Shown here in pieces: positions 56,425 through 64,000 of a stretch of DNA of 64,000 bases. The position numbers and the translations under genes are program-made. Positions within the stretch are counted from its first letter, which is position 1; every line of letters begins with the position of its first letter. The DNA is from Calditrichaceae bacterium. Its GTDB lineage: Bacteria; Calditrichota; Calditrichia; Calditrichales; JBFXGD01. Below the pieces are notes generated by a model, which saw only the letters and a program-made list of their open reading frames with translations, searched no databases and had not been told where the DNA came from. The stretch is taken from contig JBFXLE010000004.1 in NCBI GenBank assembly GCA_050173015.1, forward strand, positions 64,001 to 128,000. Direction: 5' to 3'.

Positions 56425-57723
56425 ATGCAATCAAGAAAAAATCATGCTCCGGGGGTTAACCTTAATCTTAATGTGAGAGGATTGCAGCAATCCGCGACAT
56501 TACGAATCAATGAAATCAGTGATAAAATGATTCGCGAAGGCCACCAGATTTTCAAGTTGGGACTGGGGCAATCGCCTTTTCCGGTGCCACAGGTCGTTCA
56601 GGATGAATTAAAAGCGAATACCCATCAAAAGGATTATCTGCCGGTCATGGGTCTCAGGGAACTAAGAGGCGCGGTTGCGGGATATCTGCATCGCGCCCAA
56701 GGTGTAGATTTTACTCCTGACAACATCATGATCGGTCCCGGTTCAAAAGAATTAATGTTTATTCTTCAACTGGTCTATTACGGCGATTTAGTTATTCCTA
56801 CGCCAAGCTGGGTTTCCTATGCGCCACAGGCGCATATTGTGGGACGGCACATAAGCTGGGTACCCACCAACGCCGGGGACTGCTGGCGTATCATGCCGGA
56901 AGAGTTTGAAAAGTTATGTAGTATGGATCCGGACAGGCCGAGGCTGGTGATACTGAATTACCCTGCTAATCCACATGGGTGTACCTACCGGATTGATGAA
57001 CTTAAAGCGATCGCGCATATTGCCCGTAAATACCATGTATTGCTTTTATCAGATGAAATTTATGGTGAATTGCACCACCTGGGACAGCATGTTTCCATCG
57101 CGCGGTATTATCCCGAAGGCACCATTATAAGCTCAGGCTTGAGTAAGTGGTGCGGCGCCGGCGGATGGCGTCTTGGTACATTCGCGTTTCCAAGATCATT
57201 GACCTGGCTGCGTGATGCCATGGCTGTTGTAGCCAGTGAAACATACACTTCCACATCAGCCCCTATTCAATACGCGGCAGTGAGAGCCTTTCAGGGCGGG
57301 CTGGAAATTGAGAGATATCTGTCGCAGTCGAGGCGGGTTTTAAGATCTCTAAGCGCGGTTCTGGTATCTAAATTAAGAAAGTCCGGGGTCAGCCTGTCAG
57401 AACCAAAAGGCGCTTTTTATCTCTTCCCTGATTTTAGCCCTTTCAGGGAGAAAATGATACAGAGGGGAATTTATAACAATGAACAGTTATGTGAGCGTCT
57501 TCTTGAAGAAACCGGCGTGGCTATACTGCCGGGGAGTGTTTTTGGAAGATCACCTGAAGAACTCACGGCAAGACTGGCTTATGTTGATTTTGACGGGGCG
57601 CGTGTCCTGACCGCCGCTTCTCAAATCGCCGAGGGAAAATCGCTTGATCATGTATTTCTCGAAACGTATTGCCGGAATTGCCTGACGGCTGTGGATAAAA
57701 TTTGTGATTGGTTAATCACGTAA
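56425..57723 (+). CDS. Class I/II PLP-dependent aminotransferase (aspartate aminotransferase-like)
   Basis: GLGQSPF, GPGSKE, LNYPANPHG, SDEIY, SGLSKWCGAGGWRLG, PKGAFY. Confidence 0.95.
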   Translation: MQSRKNHAPGVNLNLNVRGLQQSATLRINEISDKMIREGHQIFKLGLGQSPFPVPQVVQDELKANTHQKDYLPVMGLRELRGAVAGYLHRAQGVDFTPDNIMIGPGSKELMFILQLVYYGDLVIPTPSWVSYAPQAHIVGRHISWVPTNAGDCWRIMPEEFEKLCSMDPDRPRLVILNYPANPHGCTYRIDELKAIAHIARKYHVLLLSDEIYGELHHLGQHVSIARYYPEGTIISSGLSKWCGAGGWRLGTFAFPRSLTWLRDAMAVVASETYTSTSAPIQYAAVRAFQGGLEIERYLSQSRRVLRSLSAVLVSKLRKSGVSLSEPKGAFYLFPDFSPFREKMIQRGIYNNEQLCERLLEETGVAILPGSVFGRSPEELTARLAYVDFDGARVLTAASQIAEGKSLDHVFLETYCRNCLTAVDKICDWLIT

Positions 57724-57736
57724 ATTACTTTTTTAA

Positions 57737-58627
57737 TTGAGCTGCAAATTTATATACTTAATCTTCACAAAAATCGGGGGATGTGGGGTGAGAAAAGTAT
57801 TTCTTTATCAGATTATATTGGCGCTTATTCTGTTTCATACAACGCTTTGCGCGACGGAAATCCAGAGGGATGAGAATGCTCCCGGCGCGAGAGCGGCCAT
57901 GGGGCTATTCGCCAATGCGTACAGTAAGTCACTAACTGCAAATGTTTTTAACCTTGAACCTTTATCGCTTAAAGGGCGGTTAAGCAGCCTGGCAATCGCT
58001 GCGGCAGGTTACCAGATGATCTCATATGACACGATGAAAGGTATTCAGCTTAATCCGTTTAAATTCAGGAAAGAATGGCATGGTTATTGGGAAGGATATC
58101 TCGCGGCAGAAGGATTGGATATTTTTCTCAGCATCGTCCGCAAGTATGACGGAGCAAAATTTATTGTCGCGTCTACGGTTCTCATATCGATGGGAATAAT
58201 TATTGCAAACGGTGAAGATGGCGATGGATGGCGAAATGCGGATGATGCGCCGCTGACGTTAAAAAACCTTTTTAAAAACCGGGATTCCTACTGGATTCAC
58301 TTTTCGGGGTCGGGGGGATTATACTGGGCAATCGCCAATCATACGGTTTCGAAAGAATCCGCTTTGCTTTATGCCGCTTCACTTGTTTGGCTTTGGGAAA
58401 TTAAGGATGGATATCTCAAATGGGAAGACGCAGGTTTTATTGGTGGAGACGGTTTCTCCTGGAGGGACGGGACAGCGGGGACGATTGCGGTTCTTGGCAG
58501 TTATGCGGTCAGCAAATGGATATTTCCCCGGGTAAAAGAGTTTCTGGGAAGATTTGGAGCGGATGGGATATCAGCAGACGCGGACAGAGACAGGTTCAGA
58601 CTAACAGTAAGATTCGATCTGCTCTAA
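57737..58627 (+). CDS. Hypothetical membrane/exported protein, YfiM/DUF2279-like C-terminal half; start probably GTG 57788
   Basis: WIHFSGS, WLWEIKDG, GDGFSWRD motifs; signal peptide from 57788. Confidence 0.55.
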   Translation: MSCKFIYLIFTKIGGCGVRKVFLYQIILALILFHTTLCATEIQRDENAPGARAAMGLFANAYSKSLTANVFNLEPLSLKGRLSSLAIAAAGYQMISYDTMKGIQLNPFKFRKEWHGYWEGYLAAEGLDIFLSIVRKYDGAKFIVASTVLISMGIIIANGEDGDGWRNADDAPLTLKNLFKNRDSYWIHFSGSGGLYWAIANHTVSKESALLYAASLVWLWEIKDGYLKWEDAGFIGGDGFSWRDGTAGTIAVLGSYAVSKWIFPRVKEFLGRFGADGISADADRDRFRLTVRFDLL

Positions 58628-58709
58628 AAACTTTCTAAAATATTATTTTGATGGTTTACCATAAATGCCATGATTATCTTAAACAATCAAAAAACAGTAC
58701 AGGTCTGAT

Positions 58710-59408
58710 ATGAAGAAGATTTTTATCACGGGATCAAACAGAGGAATTGGGATCGAGTTTGTCAGACAATATCTGGCGCGGGGTGATCATGTGTTTGCCG
58801 GATGCAGAAATCCCGATGCTGCAAACGGCTTAAAGCGGCTGATGGATGCCTGGCCGGAAAGGCTGAATATAGTAAAATTGGATCTCGGGGAGACGGATTC
58901 ATTTGATGTTGCCGTAACTGAGGTAAGCAGGGTGACCGGCAGTCTGGATATATTGATCAATAATGCGGGCATTTATATAAAAAATGAAAATCTGGACAAT
59001 CTGGATGTCTCAAAGATGTTGGCCTCATTCAGAATTAATTCTATCGCGCCGATTTTAATTGCCCGGAGTTTTATAAATTTGCTTGAAAAAGGCAAAGAGC
59101 CCAAAATCGTAAATATCAGTTCACAAATGGGGTCGCTACAAAATAAAACATCTGGTGGCGATTACAGTTACTGTTCTTCCAAAGCGTCTCTTAATATGCT
59201 CACACGGTCGTTGGCCTATGATGTCAGGCGCCGGGGAATTATCACGGTTTCACTTCACCCGGGATGGGTAAAAACAGATATGGGCGGATTCAATGCCATG
59301 ATCGAGCCGTCAGAGTCCGTTTATGACATGATCAAGCTCATCGATCGTTTAGAATTGAATGATTCATCAAAATTTTTTACGCGGGACGGCAGAATCCATC
59401 CCTGGTAA
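58710..59408 (+). CDS. Short-chain dehydrogenase/reductase (C-factor/CsgA-like)
   Basis: ITGSNRGIG, LINNAG, NISSQMGS, YCSSKA, LHPGWVKTDMGG. Confidence 0.95.
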   Translation: MKKIFITGSNRGIGIEFVRQYLARGDHVFAGCRNPDAANGLKRLMDAWPERLNIVKLDLGETDSFDVAVTEVSRVTGSLDILINNAGIYIKNENLDNLDVSKMLASFRINSIAPILIARSFINLLEKGKEPKIVNISSQMGSLQNKTSGGDYSYCSSKASLNMLTRSLAYDVRRRGIITVSLHPGWVKTDMGGFNAMIEPSESVYDMIKLIDRLELNDSSKFFTRDGRIHPW

Positions 59409-59613
59409 AAGTAAAAACTGTTTGGTTTTATATTTAAAGATAATTGTAACTCTATCTTGATATTAAATAAATATTATTTATGAATCGCTTTTTTGGTTCG
59501 ATATTAGAAAATAGAATGTGATGGTGTTTACCTACCGGTCATTTTGAATGATATACGCGTCTTTATACGTATATCTACTCCGGAAATATTCGTGAGAAAG
59601 GTAATAAAGAGAC

Positions 59614-60078
59614 TTGAAGTCGAATGGGGGGAAAATAATGGACACTAAAATACCTATTCCCGGGAAAGACGTGGATGAACAGGAAACCAGCGTTAAAAAT
59701 ACAAAACACAAGCGTATATTTATAGTTGAGGACGAAGAAATTATAAGAGACCTCTATAAAGATATTCTCGGAGAGAACGGATACGTGCTCCTGATGTCAA
59801 AGACGGTTGAAGAAGGGAAATCAAATTGGGGTGACGGAAATTATCATCTTGTGATTTGCGATCTGGGGCTGCCCGGCGAAAATGGCTGGGAGTTTATAAA
59901 ATTCGCGAGAGAAAAGAATCAAAGTATTCCTATTGTCGCGCTTACGGGTTGGGGAGATATGATTTCGAAAGAACAATCCGCAAAATTTAATATACAGCGT
60001 GTAGTCGCAAAGCCGGTTTCCGTGGGACAGTTATTGAAACTGGTATCAGAATTAACTTCCGACACACAGGCTATTTAA
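59614..60078 (+). CDS. Stand-alone response regulator receiver domain; start probably 59638
   Basis: IFIVEDE, VICDLGLPGENG, PIVALTG, AKP. Confidence 0.9.
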   Translation: MKSNGGKIMDTKIPIPGKDVDEQETSVKNTKHKRIFIVEDEEIIRDLYKDILGENGYVLLMSKTVEEGKSNWGDGNYHLVICDLGLPGENGWEFIKFAREKNQSIPIVALTGWGDMISKEQSAKFNIQRVVAKPVSVGQLLKLVSELTSDTQAI

Positions 60079-60308
60079 TGAACACATGGAGCCCTTTTGT
60101 GTAACGCCAATTGGCATCTTTAATCGGCTGGTTCTCCCGCGTGCGGATAAAACCCGGCATGAATACATCTATCCTCAGCACCCTCAATAAAGCCTTCTAT
60201 CCAATGAACTAAAAAAATGGATTCAAAATTTTTTGTTCGGATATTTTTAGATTGCAATATAATTTAATAATATGTTCGATTCCTTTAAACTCATAAAATG
60301 AGATAAAT

Positions 60309-61466
60309 ATGAAAATCAGCGGATTTGTAATATTTCTAACCATTATTCTTGCTATCTACGGTTCAGTTAATTTTTATATATTTCTGCGAGGCTGGGAGGC
60401 GCTGTCTCGATATCCCACTTTTAAAATATATTTTTTTATATTTTTCTGGTCAATCGCCGCGTCATTTATTGCCGGAAGGATTCTTGAAAAATATGGATTT
60501 TTCGCGGTTTCCAAAATTTTGATTCATATGGGATCCTACTGGCTGGCGATGATGCTTTATTTGTTTCTGATTTTACTGGTTATTGATCTGGTCAGGTTAA
60601 TAAATCATTTCATCCCATTTTTCCCGGACTATATCTATAATAATTATCATTCAGTCAAACAAATCACCGCGGTGTCCGTCGTCCTGTCTGCATTAATCAT
60701 TGTGTGGGCAGGGCATATCAATGCTGTCATTCCCGGAATCAGAACACTTGAACTCAAAATTGACAAACGTGTTGAAAATACAAAAAACTTAAATATAGTC
60801 CTTGCATCGGATATCCATCTCGGGACCATTATCGGTCGTTCCGAAATTGATAATATCGTGGCTATGATTAACAAACTTGAACCTGATATTGTTCTCTTGC
60901 CCGGAGATATTGTTGATGAGGATATCGGTCCGGTAATAAGACAAAATTTGGGAGAAGCGCTCAATAATATCCGGACTCGATACGGTGTCTTTGCCGTTAC
61001 GGGAAATCATGAATTTATAGGCGGTGTTGAATCTGCTCATCAATACCTTTCGGGACATAGAATAACCATGCTAAGGGATAGCGTCGCCAGGATTAACAGC
61101 GGTATTTTTATAGTGGGAAGAGAAGATATTTCTGTGAATCGTTTTATGGGAAAAAAACGGAAAACTATTGAGAAGTTATTAGAGAACGTGGATAAGGAGT
61201 ATCCGGTGATTTTGCTTGATCATCAGCCATTCAATCTGGATGAGGCTGCCGATAATGGAATTGATTTACAGATCTCCGGGCACACGCATCACGGGCAGTT
61301 ATGGCCGTTTAATTTTATAACTTCTAAGGTGTATGAAATAAGTCATGGTTATAAAAAAATCAAACACACACATTTTTATATCTCATCCGGGGTAGGGACA
61401 TGGGGGCCCCCGGTCAGGATCGGCAACCGTCCTGAGATTGTCAATATAAAACTAAGTTTTAAGTGA
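60309..61466 (+). CDS. Membrane-anchored metallophosphoesterase (YkuE-like)
   Basis: N-terminal TMs; SDIHLG, GDIVD, GNHE, LDHQP, SGHTHHGQ, SSGVGTWGPPVR. Confidence 0.93.
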   Translation: MKISGFVIFLTIILAIYGSVNFYIFLRGWEALSRYPTFKIYFFIFFWSIAASFIAGRILEKYGFFAVSKILIHMGSYWLAMMLYLFLILLVIDLVRLINHFIPFFPDYIYNNYHSVKQITAVSVVLSALIIVWAGHINAVIPGIRTLELKIDKRVENTKNLNIVLASDIHLGTIIGRSEIDNIVAMINKLEPDIVLLPGDIVDEDIGPVIRQNLGEALNNIRTRYGVFAVTGNHEFIGGVESAHQYLSGHRITMLRDSVARINSGIFIVGREDISVNRFMGKKRKTIEKLLENVDKEYPVILLDHQPFNLDEAADNGIDLQISGHTHHGQLWPFNFITSKVYEISHGYKKIKHTHFYISSGVGTWGPPVRIGNRPEIVNIKLSFK

Positions 61467-61619
61467 CTGGAATCGATGGATTTAGTAGAAAATAACTGTG
61501 AGATCAGATCAAATATAGATTCCCGGTCGGGAAAATTGACCAGGCGGATAAGAATAAATGAAATTTAATGAATTTTTGCCGATGATATTTATAAGGATAT
61601 CTAACGCAGGGAGGCTTGT

Positions 61620-61946
61620 ATGAAAATATTTATCGGAAATGTGTCAAAATCCGTTGAAGCAAAAGAATTAAAAGAGGCGTTCCAGGCTTTCGGCCGACTT
61701 GAGTCGATCGAAATTAAAGAGCAGGAAGTAATGGGAAAAATGGAAACGTATGTTATTGTTGAAATGCCGGTTGAGTCCGAAGCAAGGAGGGCAATGGAAA
61801 GTCTGGACGGAATGGAGTGGATGGGAAACATCATCAGTGTCCATCCGGCAAGGGTAAACCTGGAAGACCGCCGGAAAAGTGGAAGAGGTGGTGGGCGCCG
61901 ATTTACTGATCATCACAGATCCGAGGTGTCCAAAGGGGGGAAATAA
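61620..61946 (+). CDS. RRM (RNP) RNA-binding protein
   Basis: MKIFIGNV, F..FG, VEM..EA..AM..LDG..WMG..ISV..AR; Arg/Gly tail. Confidence 0.85.
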   Translation: MKIFIGNVSKSVEAKELKEAFQAFGRLESIEIKEQEVMGKMETYVIVEMPVESEARRAMESLDGMEWMGNIISVHPARVNLEDRRKSGRGGGRRFTDHHRSEVSKGGK

Positions 61947-62236
61947 TAACCGGTATTCACATCAGAATCGCCCATAACCGCATTTTTGAGTGCGATCCTT
62001 GTTTTCTGTACTGCCATCCCGGAGTAAAGTACTGTTTAATGTCCGGGAATTGGAAAGTGATCACCGATTTGTGGATGAATTTCATTGGCGCTTTTAGATT
62101 GCTAAATCGCTCCGGAATATATCCCTGATATACTGACTCCGGGTCAGATATATGGTCTGTAAATCGTAAAGAATGAATAAATCAAGACTGAAACATAAAC
62201 AGAAAACGGCCGTAGATTATAGAAAACTAAATTGGG

Positions 62237-62437
62237 ATGAAAATGGAAAAATTATATCGATCCAAAAAAGACAGAAAAATCGCAGGAATCTGTGGAGGAC
62301 TTGAGACTCTGATGGGAGTAGATTCAACAATAATACGGTTGCTGGCCATTCTGATCGGGATTGTCACCGGGATATTTCCGGTGCTCATCACTTACATTAT
62401 CGGCTGGATAATCATTCCGGAATCGCCGGAGTCGTAA
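62237..62437 (+). CDS. PspC domain protein
   Basis: KLYRSKKDRKIAGICGGL...D.TIIR...YIIGWIIIP. Confidence 0.92.
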   Translation: MKMEKLYRSKKDRKIAGICGGLETLMGVDSTIIRLLAILIGIVTGIFPVLITYIIGWIIIPESPES

Positions 62438-62924
62438 AAACGCAATTTCCAGATTAGATTCACCAATTTCCGCCGAAGTTTTTTATTATATTTATGGAAT
62501 TGGCCTAATCCGCTCGTTTTGTCCGGAAATAATTTAATTCTTGATTATCGCATAGAACACATCTATTATATTCCTGTTCGGCCGGATTTTCAGCTGAGTT
62601 TCTCTGAAAATTATATGGACCGCACCACCGGTCGATCGGTCGTATTCTGATCATTCATTATTCATAAAAAATTGACAGTTTATCGAATGGGGGAGATTCG
62701 ATGTAAATATCAATTACCGGATAATGACACACCTGAAAAAATAATATTAAAGCACTTTCGGACCACCGCCTGTATCGTCGCGAGAGCGCCGATTTATTCT
62801 GCCAACAATAACGACACCATCCGCATCCTATCATCACGCGCTAAGAATAAATGAGATATCTTTTTGATAACAGGAAAATTAAATGCATGGAGGAAAGCGG
62901 TTAATCCATTTATTCGGAGGAACT

Positions 62925-64000
62925 ATGATAAAATCTTTCATGTTAGTGCTCGGACTTATCCTGATTAGCGCGGGACAAATGCCGGCGCAGGCTGTAACTC
63001 ACGGCCCGGTCGTTGGCGGGGTAACCTCTCAATCAGCGGAATTCGTCCTAAGAGTTGACGTAGCTGCTAAAATACAGTTGCAAATATCAACGAATCTTTC
63101 TTTTTCTCCATCCATCTTGTCCACGACGGTTTATGTGGATAATTCTACCGATTACTTCGGAAAAGTATCTGCCGCGGGACTTTCACCGGCAACACGATAT
63201 TACTACAGACCGGTTATTAACGGGATACCGCTTGAGACTGCCGCTGTCCGGACATTTAGAACTTTTCCGCCCTCCGGAAGTCATGCTGAATTCAAATTCT
63301 TAACAGGATCATGCCAACAGGCGGATCCGGATCCGAATTCGGGGATAGGAATGATTTTCCCAAAAATGGCCAAGGAAAACGCGCTTTTCCTTTTGCATCA
63401 GGGAGACTGGGGTTATCCGGATACAACTGATATAGAATCAGGCAATCCGGGCCATTATTTTGCCCTGGACTACGGTCGTGTTCGGGAGACTTATCGCGCC
63501 AGATATGATCCCACTTTTCCAATGGATGCCCTTTTAAAAGTGATGCCTGTCGCTTACACCTATGATGATCATGACATGGTTGACGACAACAGTGATTATA
63601 CCTATGCGGGGATTGCCAATTCAATAAAAGGGTACATGGAGATGTTTCCGGATTATCCCCTTCCGAATCCTGATGGCGGTATTTGGCATAAATTTAGCTG
63701 CGGCAATGCCGATTTCTTTATGCTGGATAATCGATCTCAGCGTGATCCTTCATTGGAGTCATTTTTCTCCCTGCCATCCAATAGTTTTCTGGGTGACGGA
63801 TATGTTATGTATAATCCGTCTCCGGAACATCGAATTCTGTCCGGGAATCCTTTTATGACGGGTGAGGATCAGATGACCTGGCTTCTCAGGGAATTAAGCC
63901 GTTCAACCGCGCACTGGAAATTTATATCGACCGGAACCCCTTTTAATCCTGCCCTGAGGGGCGGGCTGGAACTTGCCTTATTACTGCAGAATGAACCGCG
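62925..64000 (+). CDS. PhoD-like alkaline phosphatase/phosphodiesterase, 3'-truncated; absent from the ORF track
   Basis: RBS GGAGG, ATG 62925: MIKSFMLVLGLILISAGQMPAQAVTHGPVVGGVT...; TRYYYR, LHQGDWGYPD, TYDDHD, FFMLDNRSQRD, WKFISTGTPFN; appears open to the window end. Confidence 0.85.
   Translation, partial: MIKSFMLVLGLILISAGQMPAQAVTHGPVVGGVTSQSAEFVLRVDVAAKIQLQISTNLSFSPSILSTTVYVDNSTDYFGKVSAAGLSPATRYYYRPVINGIPLETAAVRTFRTFPPSGSHAEFKFLTGSCQQADPDPNSGIGMIFPKMAKENALFLLHQGDWGYPDTTDIESGNPGHYFALDYGRVRETYRARYDPTFPMDALLKVMPVAYTYDDHDMVDDNSDYTYAGIANSIKGYMEMFPDYPLPNPDGGIWHKFSCGNADFFMLDNRSQRDPSLESFFSLPSNSFLGDGYVMYNPSPEHRILSGNPFMTGEDQMTWLLRELSRSTAHWKFISTGTPFNPALRGGLELALLLQNEP

Noticed and set aside
59494-59509. 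Third sigma54-like site TGGTTCG-ATAT-TAGAA
   Set aside because: Too many deviations from consensus to support
62438-62924. 60-aa ORF (62672-62854) or ncRNA upstream of the phoD-like gene
   Set aside because: TTG start without RBS, no motif, no recognisable RNA family or Pho box
68-63858. Numerous short antisense or out-of-frame ORFs in the track (e.g. 68-373, 10842-11204, 22471-22854, 36719-36973)
   Set aside because: Shadow ORFs nested in well-supported genes, with no independent motifs
1-64000. tRNA, rRNA, integrase, transposase or prophage genes
   Set aside because: None recognised on either strand

Overview
Bacterial genomic DNA. The gene content (T9SS-type C-terminal sorting tails, PorV-like barrel, TonB receptor without SusD) suggests an FCB-related lineage such as Calditrichota, KSB1 or Ignavibacteria; this assignment is inferred. 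(1) 1-19 kb is an alpha-glucan/dextran utilisation locus: two Na+/solute symporters, a secreted CBM-like protein, a TonB receptor + large Ca-binding surface protein + PorV-like barrel triad with no SusD, two tandem GH66 enzymes and a GH63/MGH1-like hydrolase. (2) 19-37 kb is mixed housekeeping, stress and envelope genes: OsmC, CsgG, desaturase, SLC12 transporter, J-like/LRR protein, BlaI/BlaR-TonB, a probably leaderless MerR + VIT/VWA pair, ClpS and an SbcD-like nuclease. (3) 37-50.6 kb is a sulfur-respiration island of two convergent operons. On + are a Cys-rich MerR, psrABC, a 3x172-bp composite palindromic repeat, a split YeeE pair and a rhodanese with a lone terminal Cys. On - are mobA, a membrane protein, a Rieske protein, cytochrome b and two paralogous 10-12-heme cytochromes. 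(4) 50.7-64 kb holds secreted and metabolic genes, ending in a partial PhoD-like phosphatase missing from the ORF track. No rRNA, tRNA, CRISPR array or transposase was recognised. All family calls come from motif recognition by eye, not database searches.
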